NCBI GenBank assembly: GCA_965219995.1
Contig: CBDCOX010000002.1
Span: 2,656,001-2,720,000 of the forward strand
From: Candidatus Latescibacterota bacterium
Lineage (GTDB): Bacteria; Latescibacterota; UBA2968; GCA-2709665
DNA length: 64,000 bases
Reading direction: 5' to 3'
Made by a program: the position numbers and the translations under genes. The notes beneath the pieces were generated by a model. It had not been told where the DNA came from. It was given only the letters and a program-made list of their open reading frames with translations, and searched no databases. Shown here one piece after another: positions 55,247 through 64,000 of the stretch (positions are counted from its first letter, which is position 1; each line of letters starts with the position of its first letter).

Positions 55247-55699
55247 TTACAGATCTTCATATCGCGGCAGACTGCGCAGGAACCGGTAGCTGCGTTCCTT
55301 GCGGTCAAGTGCGTAACAGTAGTGCGTGATTCCATTGGTCACAATCAGATAGTCGGTTCCCACAGAGGTGTTGTAGCGGGCGATCTGATCGAACGCTTCC
55401 TGTTTGATTTTCACGTCGGGCGCCTTGCATTCGGCCATAAGAACGGGTTCTCCCCTGCCGTTGTGGACGATCACGTCGGCGCGGTGCTGTATTCCCCCAT
55501 ATGCAAAACCGGATTCAATTGCGGTCCGGCCGGCCGGAAAACCCAGATCCTGAACGAGGTGCTGTACCAGATTCTGACGCACCCATTCCTCGGGTGTGAG
55601 TCGCACGTGTTTCCGTCGAAGCGGATCGAAAATCGTCCTTCTCCCGCCGCCGGCGCGAATGTCGAAATCGTACTGACGTGGAAAGTTGAGAGGTTGCAT
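55247..55699 (-). CDS. Stand-alone type I restriction enzyme HsdR N-terminal domain protein
   Basis: IFDPLRRK.V.LTPEEWVRQ, RADVIV..MAECKAP (PD-(D/E)xK), QIARYN, TNG. Confidence 0.85.
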   Translation of the reverse strand: MQPLNFPRQYDFDIRAGGGRRTIFDPLRRKHVRLTPEEWVRQNLVQHLVQDLGFPAGRTAIESGFAYGGIQHRADVIVHNGRGEPVLMAECKAPDVKIKQEAFDQIARYNTSVGTDYLIVTNGITHYCYALDRKERSYRFLRSLPRYEDL

Positions 55700-55806
55700 A
55701 GGAATCGGACCGAAGCACGGCGCCCCGGCGGCCGGAGACGTTCGTATCACCTGCCGGCCGAGTCGCGCCGAACCGGTCAGTCCCCCTGGGACGCCGCTGT
55801 CCGCCG

Positions 55807-56967
55807 TCAGCGGGCATGCCAGAGACCGGGGCGTTCGATGTGGCGGCGGACCGTGTCCAGGAAGCGGGCGGCAGGACCTCCGTCCACGACACGGTGGTCG
55901 AAGGTGAGGCTCAGGGCGACCATGTCGCGAGGCACGATGCGTCCCTGGAATACGGCCGGTTTCGCGACAATCCGGCCCACCCCGAGAATGGCGCATTGCG
56001 GCAGATTGATGATGGGGGTAAACGCGTCGATTCCGTACGCGCCAAGGTTCGTAACCGTGAACGTACCGCCCCGGAGATGTTCCGGGCCCAGGTCACCCTG
56101 CCTCGCCTTCTGGACGAGGTCCGAGGTTTCGCGGGCGAGATCGGGCAGGTCTCTGGCGCCCGCGTTCGTGATGACGGGAACGAAAAGGCCGGCGTGGGTA
56201 TCCACGGCAATGCCGATGTGGATCTCCTCGTGCCTGCGGACGGACCCGTCCTGCCAGGAGGCGTTCAGGTCGGGATGGTCGGCGAGCGCGAGGGCGGTCA
56301 CTTTTACGAAGAGATCGTTGTACGTCAGCAAGGGAATGTCGAGTTCCGCGCGCAATGCAACGAAGTCCGTCGCATCGGCATCGGTGGAGAGCGTCACGGG
56401 CGCGGTCTCGGTGTGGCTCTCGGTCAGCCGCCGCGCGATGGTCCGACGTACGGTGCCTTCGAGTACGCTCTCCGGCTGCGCCGGGACCGCGGCCCGGACG
56501 TCGCGCTCGACAATACGGCCGTTTCGACCGCTGCCCTGGAGCGTGTTCCAGTCGACACCCAGTTCCTCTGCCAGGCGGAGAGCCCTCGGGCTGATCGCGG
56601 ACCGGCTCTTTCTTCCTTGCGGTCGATCTTTGCGAGTCCGCGAGCGGGTGGGTTCGCGCGGCCCGGATTCTGTTTCGTGTCCGACCTCCGGCTTCGCGGG
56701 CGCCTCCACGGGAGGCGCTTCGCCGGGACCGAGCAGGTAGCCCAGTATGGCGCCGATCGGCAATGTGTCGCCGGGCGAGGGCGCGTCGGGCGGAATATAC
56801 AGGGTTCCGCTGTCGAAGGACTCGATTTCGTTGATCGCTTTGTCGCTCTCAACGGTAAAGATGATGTCTCCGGACTCGATCCGATCCCCGGTCTGCTTGA
56901 GCCATTCGACCAGGGTGCCTTCCTCCATGGTCCATCCCAGGCGCGGCATGACGATTTCTGTGGGCAT
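55807..56967 (-). CDS. Dihydrolipoamide acyltransferase (E2)
   Basis: Lipoyl domain VESDKA, E3-binding ISPRALRLA..GSGRNGRI, catalytic DHRVVDG. Confidence 0.95.
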   Translation of the reverse strand: MPTEIVMPRLGWTMEEGTLVEWLKQTGDRIESGDIIFTVESDKAINEIESFDSGTLYIPPDAPSPGDTLPIGAILGYLLGPGEAPPVEAPAKPEVGHETESGPREPTRSRTRKDRPQGRKSRSAISPRALRLAEELGVDWNTLQGSGRNGRIVERDVRAAVPAQPESVLEGTVRRTIARRLTESHTETAPVTLSTDADATDFVALRAELDIPLLTYNDLFVKVTALALADHPDLNASWQDGSVRRHEEIHIGIAVDTHAGLFVPVITNAGARDLPDLARETSDLVQKARQGDLGPEHLRGGTFTVTNLGAYGIDAFTPIINLPQCAILGVGRIVAKPAVFQGRIVPRDMVALSLTFDHRVVDGGPAARFLDTVRRHIERPGLWHAR

Positions 56968-56995
56968 GGAGATCTTCCTTCAGCAGCGTCCGCGA

Positions 56996-57973
56996 CTATT
57001 CTTCCATCAGGTCGCGGATGGCCTGCGAAATTGTCTCCGCCTCGGGCAGGCAGGCAGCCTCGAGGGGGGCGCTGTACGGCGTGGGGACATGCGCGCCGTT
57101 GAGGCGGCTTACCGGTGCGTCCAGGTCGTCGAACGCCAGGCTCTGAACCTGGGCGGCGATTTCGGCGCCGATGCCGCATGGACCGAAGGCTTCGTCCACG
57201 ATGAGCAGACGCCCGGTCTTCCGGACGGATTCCAGAATCGATTCCATATCCAGCGGCGCCACGGTGCGCGGGTCGATGAGCTCGACGGAGATGCCCTCCG
57301 CAGCGAGCTGGCCGCAGAGTCTCCAGGTGATCGGAACCATATTGGCGAGTGCGACAACGGTGATGTCACCGCCCTCGCGGCGGACCTCGGCCCGCCCGAA
57401 GGGGATGGCGTACGGCGTTTCGGGCACCGGACCTCGATGGTTGAGGATGGATTTGTGTTCGAGGAAGAGTACGGGATCATCGCCTTCCAGGGCAGTCTTG
57501 AACAGGCCCTTGGCGTCGTACGGCGTGGCAGGCAGGGCAACGCGGAAGCCCGGCAGGTGTGCGAAAACGGGATAGTAGTTTCCCGAGTGGTGGGTGGCGG
57601 CGGCGCCTCCGATACCCACGCAGCCCCGCAGGACAACGGGCATGGACAGGCGGCCGCTGCTCATGTACTGCATCTTGGCAACCTGGTTGACCATCTCGCC
57701 GAAGCCGTCCAGGATGAAGTCGATGAACATGAAGTCCACCACGGGCCGCGCGCCGGCCATGGCCGCGCCCGTGCAGAGCCCGATAAAGCCCCGCTCGCAA
57801 ATCGGGGTATCGCACACTCGCATGGGACCGTAGCGTTCGTAGAGTCCAGTGGTCGTGTTGAAGTTGCCGCCGCGTTCGCCCACGCCTTCGCCCACGACGA
57901 ATATGGTCGGGTCCGCAGCCATGGCATCGGACAGGGCTTCGCGTGCGGCTTCGGTGAACGTGATCTCACGCAT
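56996..57973 (-). CDS. 2-oxoacid/acetoin dehydrogenase E1 beta subunit
   Basis: DTPICE, GARPVVDFMF, DDPVLFLEHK, ELIDPRTVAPLD. Confidence 0.95.
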   Translation of the reverse strand: MREITFTEAAREALSDAMAADPTIFVVGEGVGERGGNFNTTTGLYERYGPMRVCDTPICERGFIGLCTGAAMAGARPVVDFMFIDFILDGFGEMVNQVAKMQYMSSGRLSMPVVLRGCVGIGGAAATHHSGNYYPVFAHLPGFRVALPATPYDAKGLFKTALEGDDPVLFLEHKSILNHRGPVPETPYAIPFGRAEVRREGGDITVVALANMVPITWRLCGQLAAEGISVELIDPRTVAPLDMESILESVRKTGRLLIVDEAFGPCGIGAEIAAQVQSLAFDDLDAPVSRLNGAHVPTPYSAPLEAACLPEAETISQAIRDLMEE

Positions 57974-58955
57974 GGTTCGCCCCCGCTCCACCGAAGACGT
58001 GGTCCGTTACCGTGGCGGGGTCCGGCCACGGGCTCTTCCTGGCGAACTCGACGCCCTCTTCGACCGCGGATCGGACCTCGCTTTCGATTTCGTCGAGGGT
58101 CTCCCTGTCGGCGATAGCACCCTCCATCAGTTTTCCTGCGAGCAACGCGATCGGGTCTCTCTCTCTCCAGGCGTCCACTTCGTCCCGCGTGCGGTAACCG
58201 GTATCCCGCATCCCCTCCGCGTGCGGCCGGGTGCGGTAGGTCTTGCAGTCCAGCAGCGTAGGGCCGCCGCCTTCCCGCGCGCGAAGGACGGCGTCGCCGG
58301 CTTTATCATAGACGTCGAGGACGTCGTTTCCGTCAACCCGAACGCCGGTGACGCCGTAGCCCTCCGCGCGTTCGGCGATATTCGTATTGCGTGTGGCGTA
58401 TTCAAAGGCGACTTCGGTGGCGTACCGGTTGTCTTCCAGGACGAAGATAACGGGCAACTGCCAGATGGCGGCCATGTTCAGGCCTTCGTGAAAGGCGCCG
58501 TTGTTGACGCCGCCGTCGCCGAAAAAGGCCACGCTGACGCGATCGGTTTCGAGCATCCTGAACGTATACGCTGCGCCGGCGGCTTGTAGGATGCTGGGTC
58601 CCACGATGCCGCTGGTACCCATCAGCCCGATTTCCGGCGAGAACAGGTGCATGCTGCCGCCCCGCCCGCGGGCGCACCCGGTGGACTTGCCGTAGAGTTC
58701 GGCGATGAGTTCGCGTATGGGCACGCCCTTGGCGAGCGCGTGGCCGTGGCCCCGATGGGTGCTGAAAATCGTGTCATCGGTGCGCAGGTGGGCGCAAACG
58801 CCTGCCGCGATGGCCTCCTCGCCCACGTACGTGTGGCAGGCCCCCGGGATGAGTCCGGCCTGGTACGACCTGGCAATCTGCTCCTCGGTACGTCGGATCG
58901 TGAGCATCTGCCGGTGAAGAGAAAGGAGTTGCCCGGTACTGAGGTCGCCTGGCAT
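57966..58955 (-). CDS. 2-oxoacid/acetoin dehydrogenase E1 alpha subunit
   Basis: STHRGHGH, GRGGSMH, ThDP motif GDGG...N, TYR..PHAEG. Confidence 0.95.
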   Translation of the reverse strand: MPGDLSTGQLLSLHRQMLTIRRTEEQIARSYQAGLIPGACHTYVGEEAIAAGVCAHLRTDDTIFSTHRGHGHALAKGVPIRELIAELYGKSTGCARGRGGSMHLFSPEIGLMGTSGIVGPSILQAAGAAYTFRMLETDRVSVAFFGDGGVNNGAFHEGLNMAAIWQLPVIFVLEDNRYATEVAFEYATRNTNIAERAEGYGVTGVRVDGNDVLDVYDKAGDAVLRAREGGGPTLLDCKTYRTRPHAEGMRDTGYRTRDEVDAWRERDPIALLAGKLMEGAIADRETLDEIESEVRSAVEEGVEFARKSPWPDPATVTDHVFGGAGANHA

Positions 58956-59000
58956 GAAGGTCCCCTGCCTTGTAGATGGGGTGACGGGGATGGAACTCCG

Positions 59001-59813
59001 CTATCCGCTGACGATCGGGCCGCCGGGATAGGTGCCTCCCGCGTTCATCGCGAGGTTTCCGCCGTCCATGGGCAACATCACCCCGGTGACCCACGCCGAC
59101 GCGTCGGATGCCAGGAAGATGGAAACGCCCACGATATCCTCCGGCTCGCCGAACCGGCCGGACGGAATGCCGCCCAGCCACGTGTCGGCCATGCGTGGTT
59201 CGGCCCGCAAGCGCTTTTCCAGGAACGGATTCATGACCTGGGCGGGCAGAATGGCGTTCACGCGCACGCCGCGGCTGCTCCATTCCGTACTGAGCTCCCG
59301 GGTCATCTGCGCGACGGCGCCCATGCCGATGCTGTACGCGACGTGGCCCCGCCCGATCGCGGTCACGCTGGCGAGAGAGCCGATGTTGATAATGCTGCCC
59401 TTGCCCGCGGCGAGCATGCGTCTGCCTCCCTCCTGGCAGCTGCAGAATCGCGCGATGACCAGAGACTGCATGCTCTCCTGAAGCTGATCCAGGGAAAGGT
59501 CCTCCGGCTTGCCCAGCATGGTGGCGCCGGCGACGTTGCCCAGGACGTGGATGCGGCCGAATTCCTTGTCCAGCCGGGAGAACATCCCGCGGACCTGGTC
59601 GACGTCCGATACGTCGCACCGCACGGGAATGGCGCGGCGGCCCAACGATTCGATCTCGTGGGCGGTTTCCTGCGCACCGGGCTCGTTGATGTCCGCCAGG
59701 ACGAGATCCGCGCCGGATTCCGCGAATCCGATGGCCATCGCCCTGCCCATGCCGGCGGCCGCGCCCGTTACGAGGGCAACGCGGTCGGTGAGATCGAAGA
59801 TTGGATGCGACAT
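59001..59813 (-). CDS. SDR family oxidoreductase
   Basis: TGAAAGMG, NIGS, GVRVNAI, MDGG; catalytic YxxxK appears as YSIGM. Confidence 0.9.
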   Translation of the reverse strand: MSHPIFDLTDRVALVTGAAAGMGRAMAIGFAESGADLVLADINEPGAQETAHEIESLGRRAIPVRCDVSDVDQVRGMFSRLDKEFGRIHVLGNVAGATMLGKPEDLSLDQLQESMQSLVIARFCSCQEGGRRMLAAGKGSIINIGSLASVTAIGRGHVAYSIGMGAVAQMTRELSTEWSSRGVRVNAILPAQVMNPFLEKRLRAEPRMADTWLGGIPSGRFGEPEDIVGVSIFLASDASAWVTGVMLPMDGGNLAMNAGGTYPGGPIVSG

Positions 59814-59860
59814 GTTGGATCTCCGTTTATGCGGCGTTGGTGCCCTGTCCGTTGCTTCTG

Positions 59861-60226
59861 TTATTCGCCCAGGTACGCGACGGCGTCGATTTCGACGAGG
59901 ATGCCTTTATACATGTCGCCCGCGCCCACCAGACGCCGGGTGGGCATCCGGCTTTTGTTGTTGAAATACCGCATATACGTGCGATTGAAATCATCCCTGT
60001 CGGCCATGTCCAGGAGGAAGACGTTGACGCGGACGACGTCGTCGAACGAGGCGCCTTCGCTTTCCAGCACCCGCACCATGTTGTCCATGGTAAAGACGGT
60101 CTGTTCTTCGATATCCGCGCCGACGACCTCTCCGCCCTCGACCGGCCCGAAGCCGGAGAGGAAAAGCATATCGCCGGCGCGCCTGGACATGGAGTAGAAG
60201 GGTTCGGGGCTTACCTTTTCGGACAT
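59861..60226 (-). CDS. RidA/YjgF family protein
   Basis: YS..RRAGDMLFLSG, DVVRVNVFL, PTR, VEIDAVA. Confidence 0.92.
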   Translation of the reverse strand: MSEKVSPEPFYSMSRRAGDMLFLSGFGPVEGGEVVGADIEEQTVFTMDNMVRVLESEGASFDDVVRVNVFLLDMADRDDFNRTYMRYFNNKSRMPTRRLVGAGDMYKGILVEIDAVAYLGE

Positions 60227-60328
60227 GGTTTCGACCTCCTGACGTTATGCATTGCCGTGCCGCGGAAACGTTCGGATCGGCAATGGAGATTCGTCTGCGC
60301 CGGGCGTTGGGTTCCGAGTGCGGCCCTT

Positions 60329-61426
60329 TCAATTCCCATTGGCGAGCACCTCATCCCTTCGATGATCGAACAGCGAGGGATCGTGTTCCTCCAGCTGGAT
60401 CCGGGGGCGTACGCCGGTGTTGACGACGTTGTCGGGATGGGGCCAGCGGCCGCTGAGCACCGAGACGAGGTTCTCCACACCGGTGATTGCCACTTCCCGG
60501 GTAGCCTGGACGGAGAGACCCGAGATATGCGGGGTGAGCATGACGTTATCGAGCCTTGCCAGCGCATGGTCCGGCGGAAACTCGTTCTCTCCGAAGATTT
60601 CGATGTCGTCGAAGGTGTCCAGAGCGGCGCCTGCCAGATGGCCGCTCCGAAGAAGGCCGGCGAGCGCGCCTTCGTCCGTGATCGCGCCGCGGCAGGTGTT
60701 GATGAAGAAGGAGCCGGGTTTCATTTTCCTCAGGTTCGACCCGTCCAGCAGACGATAGGTGTCGGGCGCGAGCGGCAGGTGCAGGGAGACGAAATCCGAG
60801 GTCTTCAGCAGCGTGTCCAGGTCCACCATTCGGACGCCCAGGGCGTTTGCCTCGTCCCGCGGGGCGCGCATGTTTTTCCGCGTGGCCTGGATGTTGAGGC
60901 CGAAGGGACGTGCGCGCTCCACAACGGCCCTGGCGGAAGCGCCGAAACCGATCAGTCCCAGGACTTTTCCCGATATGCGATGAAGCCGGAGGCCTTCGTC
61001 CCGCGCCCGCTGGTATGCGCCCGCGTAAAAATGCCGCGACATTTTCGGGATCTGCCGGGCGAGGCTGAGCAGGCAGGCCATCACGTGGTCGGCCATCTCT
61101 TCGTTGCAGAAGGAAGGGACGTTGGAGACCATGATGCCCTCTTGGGTGGCGGTCTCGACGTCGATCTTATCCGTTCCGTTGCCCAGCCGGGAGATGATCG
61201 TACACCTGCAGAGGCTCTTGATGACCGCCTCAGGAAGCGAAGCCGAGACGACGGCGAGCGCATCGCAGTCCGCAATGCGTGCAATAATGTCGTCCGGTTC
61301 GTAGGCGTCCACGGGCACGGGCGTGATCCCGTAATGCCTGTAGAGCGCAGCCTCGGTTGGACTGATCTCGATGACTTCCGCATTGAGGCGCGCGAATCGG
61401 ACGTGCCCGAAACCGGTGGATGACAT
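60329..61426 (-). CDS. D-isomer-specific 2-hydroxyacid dehydrogenase (CtBP-like)
   Basis: RLGNGTDKID, GLIGFG, SLHLPL, INTCRG, LTPH. Confidence 0.92.
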   Translation of the reverse strand: MSSTGFGHVRFARLNAEVIEISPTEAALYRHYGITPVPVDAYEPDDIIARIADCDALAVVSASLPEAVIKSLCRCTIISRLGNGTDKIDVETATQEGIMVSNVPSFCNEEMADHVMACLLSLARQIPKMSRHFYAGAYQRARDEGLRLHRISGKVLGLIGFGASARAVVERARPFGLNIQATRKNMRAPRDEANALGVRMVDLDTLLKTSDFVSLHLPLAPDTYRLLDGSNLRKMKPGSFFINTCRGAITDEGALAGLLRSGHLAGAALDTFDDIEIFGENEFPPDHALARLDNVMLTPHISGLSVQATREVAITGVENLVSVLSGRWPHPDNVVNTGVRPRIQLEEHDPSLFDHRRDEVLANGN

Positions 61427-61499
61427 CGGATTGACTGACGGCAAATGAAGGGCTATTTTGGTCGATCAGCGAATTCTGCGGCGTGCGTGCAACCTGCCG

Positions 61500-61892
61500 C
61501 TAAGGTGAAAACAAAAGCAGTCCCGACACGGATGCAAAGTGGCCATGCATTGAGACCAGTCGCAAACCGTGCTCCATGGCCTGCGCCGCGATCCAGATAT
61601 CGTTCGTTGGGATCGGGGTTCCGGCGCTCCTCAACCGGTTGAGGATCTCGGCGTAGAATTCGGCCGTATCCTCACTGACGCGGTATATCGACACGCGCGG
61701 CGTATCGAGAAATTCGGCCAGCTCATCGCGGTTCTCGCGCTCCCGGGCGCCGCTCTTGAATCCCGACAGCAGTTCCCCGATACTGATCGAACTCATCGCG
61801 ATACGCGAAGCTCGCTGAAGCAGAGACACAACCGCCGGTTCCGCACGCATGGCGTGCGAGTAGATATTGGTATCGATCAGGTATTCGTTCAC
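61500..61892 (-). CDS. vapC: PIN-domain toxin (VapC/FitB family)
   Basis: YLIDTN, IGELL, GTPIPTNDIWIAA; GTG start overlaps the antitoxin TGA. Confidence 0.9.
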   Translation of the reverse strand: MNEYLIDTNIYSHAMRAEPAVVSLLQRASRIAMSSISIGELLSGFKSGARERENRDELAEFLDTPRVSIYRVSEDTAEFYAEILNRLRSAGTPIPTNDIWIAAQAMEHGLRLVSMHGHFASVSGLLLFSP

Positions 61893-62161
61893 CGCCACAG
61901 TTCCGGATCAATCCGCCGCTCGGAATCGATCTTCTGCTGAATCCGGTTGAACTCATCCTCATCCCAGCGTCCGAACAGGTGATCAAGATCGTGATGGATC
62001 TCGGTGAACCGACGGGATCTGTCCAGTCCGAACTGGCTGCGCAGCGCGTCCAGCACCGTCTGGTTCACGCTCTTGCCATCCCGTGCGGCCGCATCCTTCA
62101 ACTCGGCGGCAAGCCGGGGATCCAGCCCGCGCAGGGTCATGCTCTTCGAAGCCTTCGCCAA
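61889..62161 (-). CDS. RHH-type antitoxin (FitA/VapB-like)
   Basis: MTLRGLD..L...LK..A...GKSVNQ RHH pattern; acidic C-terminus; directly upstream of the PIN gene; TTG start with AGGAG RBS. Confidence 0.82.
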   Translation of the reverse strand: MAKASKSMTLRGLDPRLAAELKDAAARDGKSVNQTVLDALRSQFGLDRSRRFTEIHHDLDHLFGRWDEDEFNRIQQKIDSERRIDPELWR

Positions 62162-62179
62162 GGCATGCTCCTTCTCAAA

Positions 62180-62239
62180 TGAAATCAATATATGAGATCA
62201 TATTGATATCATTATATGAGATCATGCGCGGCATGTCAA
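62180..62239 (-). promoter_or_regulatory. TA promoter with four TGAnATCA operator boxes
   Basis: Minus strand TTGACA (62239-62234), 17 bp, TATAAT (62216-62211); boxes at 62180, 62193, 62204 and 62217. Confidence 0.85.
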
Positions 62240-62359
62240 GCGTGAACCGCTTGCCGCCTTCGAAACAACGGGCATTGAGCGGGCTGACATCGCGGGGCAG
62301 GCCGCCGCGTTAATGATGTTGTCGACACCGCGTCGAAGTCGAGATCGGCCGGCGGCGAT

Positions 62360-63184
62360 CTACAGTTTCAGGAACAGCCCGACTTCCCAGACAGGGGCAT
62401 CGAGCAGGTTGTGGCTTCGCGTGAACCTCGAAATGCCGGCGGTAATTCCCGCGTTGGGAGAAACATGGAAATCGATCTGGGATCCAAAGGACAGGTACTC
62501 GAGATCGTTGCGCGGGTGAAACTCATCGTCTGCTCTGTCAAGGGCTTCGACCCCGCGGAGCCAGACCGAGACGTCTATTCGCTCGGCGATCGTATATCCA
62601 GCCTGCAGACTATATCGAAACTCGTCCGCGTAATTGTCATCGCGATTGTCACTGCTCTTTCGGTTGTTGTATCCGATCTCACCTGTCAGATAGGTAGGTG
62701 CGGGATAGAGCGAATGGCCTACTTGAAGGGAAACATGCTGATTGAATTCGCCGTCGCCTGTCCAGAGGACGATATCCCCCCCCGATTCGCCCAGCGGTAA
62801 TCCTGCTATGGCCTGCAGACTGACCACCGTTGGTCCCTTTGTCAGAATCCGGATCCTGACACCTGCGTCCCCATCGCCAACACCGGTCGTTGAATCGAAC
62901 CCTTCGGCGTCCACGCCGAAGTGCGTATAGACCGGCATGTAGCCCACCAGCGTCACCCGGTCAGTCACGCCGAATTCACCGTAAAGACTTGTCGTATAGC
63001 CGCTCACGGTCGGGATCTCGGTCTTCGATCCATTCGCGATGAAAAGTGACTCGGCGCTGATTACCTGTTGGCTGAGTTTGAAATACCCCTTACCCTTCGG
63101 CTGCGTCCATCCGCCCGCGTGGGCGATGGAGAAATCGAAACTCATCACGCCCGTGAACAACGCGGCAAGAACAAACCTGTTCAC
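62360..63184 (-). CDS. Putative outer-membrane beta-barrel protein
   Basis: Signal peptide ..AHA-GGWTQPKGKGYF; YGEFGVTDRVTL; alternating strands to the C-terminus; AGGAG RBS. Confidence 0.7.
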   Translation of the reverse strand: MNRFVLAALFTGVMSFDFSIAHAGGWTQPKGKGYFKLSQQVISAESLFIANGSKTEIPTVSGYTTSLYGEFGVTDRVTLVGYMPVYTHFGVDAEGFDSTTGVGDGDAGVRIRILTKGPTVVSLQAIAGLPLGESGGDIVLWTGDGEFNQHVSLQVGHSLYPAPTYLTGEIGYNNRKSSDNRDDNYADEFRYSLQAGYTIAERIDVSVWLRGVEALDRADDEFHPRNDLEYLSFGSQIDFHVSPNAGITAGISRFTRSHNLLDAPVWEVGLFLKL

Positions 63185-63202
63185 GTAATACTCCTTTGCT
63201 TA

Positions 63203-64000
63203 TCAATTGCCCAATGAAGCGCTTCCGACTTCACGGTTGATCAGCCTGCAATGAAGAATGAGGTGGCTCCATGAATCAATATTCTTTCCACTGGCAGGAG
63301 TAAACGTCCATGCCTTATTCCCCGACTGCCGTGTCACTTCACCAAATTCCACGGCGCCGGCAGGTAAATTACCACGTATGGGCCAGTTAATACTGCTGCT
63401 GGTGTAGAGAGCCACAAACACATCCGGCGCCGCGTTCGGCGTTGACAATCCGGTAATGCTGAGTCTGAGCTTCCCGTCGGAAGTTTCGCTCAGCGTGACC
63501 GATCCACCTGATGAATAGTTGTTTCGACCGCTGATCGTACCGGTTCGGCTTCGTGGCGCCGATTGGCTCACGGTCAGCGACGCCGTACCGGATTTGCCGT
63601 CCACCGTCGCCGTGATCGTCGTGGAACCGGCGTCCACCCCCGTTGCCAAACCGGACGCGTTGATGGTCGCCACCGAGGTGCTGCTGCTCGTCCAGGTGAA
63701 GGTCTTGCCGGATATCATCGTGTTGTCCGAGTCATAGGCGGTGGCGCTGAACTGCTGGGTACCGCCCTCCTCGATCGTTACGGACGATGGACTCACCGCG
63801 ACACGGGCCACAACCGGCGGCGGCTCGGTCACGGTCAACGACGCCGTGCCGGATACGCCGTCCACCGTCGCCGTGATCGTCGTGGAACCGGCGTCCACCC
63901 CCGTTGCCAACCCGGATGAGTTGATGGTCGCCACCGAGGTGCTGCTGCTCGTCCAGGCAAAGGTCTTGCCGGATATCATCGTGTTGTCCGAGTCATAGGC
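63203..64000 (-). CDS. Big_2 (Ig-like) repeat protein with C-terminal DM13-like domain (5'-truncated)
   Basis: WTSSSTSVATIN.SGLATGV..GSTTITAT repeats; SGGSVTL..APDVFVAL..ILHCRL...GSASL. Confidence 0.78.
   Translation of the reverse strand, partial: AYDSDNTMISGKTFAWTSSSTSVATINSSGLATGVDAGSTTITATVDGVSGTASLTVTEPPPVVARVAVSPSSVTIEEGGTQQFSATAYDSDNTMISGKTFTWTSSSTSVATINASGLATGVDAGSTTITATVDGKSGTASLTVSQSAPRSRTGTISGRNNYSSGGSVTLSETSDGKLRLSITGLSTPNAAPDVFVALYTSSSINWPIRGNLPAGAVEFGEVTRQSGNKAWTFTPASGKNIDSWSHLILHCRLINREVGSASLGN
63565..64000. repeat. Intragenic tandem duplication of Big_2 domains (period 261 bp)
   Basis: CCACCGTCGCCGTGATCGTCGTGG at 63601 and 63862; TCATAGGC at 63732 and 63993. Confidence 0.88.

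Overview
High-GC bacterial chromosome segment from a diderm organism (TonB-dependent receptor, outer-membrane barrels), with about 50 protein-coding genes. I saw no rRNA, tRNA, CRISPR array, prophage or intact transposase. Content is mostly catabolic enzymes: SDRs, Gfo/Idh/MocA oxidoreductases, class-III aminotransferases, creatininase, an AGE epimerase, a heparinase II/III-like lyase, YiaK and an E3-less 2-oxoacid dehydrogenase operon. There are also transporters, stress genes (csp, msrB, sthA, vapBC-type TA) and large surface proteins carrying FN3, Ig, WD40 and dockerin-like domains. That mix resembles Latescibacterota/Gemmatimonadota-like host-associated (e.g. sponge) genomes, which is an inference only. 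The most promising unexplained items are: (1) a PTS-EIIA + PII-like + two cation/proton antiporter module with translational coupling; (2) a DUF2341/LamG protein whose LamG domain is split by a 7-repeat propeller; (3) two adjacent surface proteins sharing a dockerin/EF-hand C-terminus; (4) an ORF-less heptamer-periodic inverted-repeat element and nested REP-like elements; (5) an internally duplicated 1136-aa CPBP protease; (6) an alcohol dehydrogenase gene collapsed by a microhomology deletion. All family calls come from motif recognition by eye, not from database searches.
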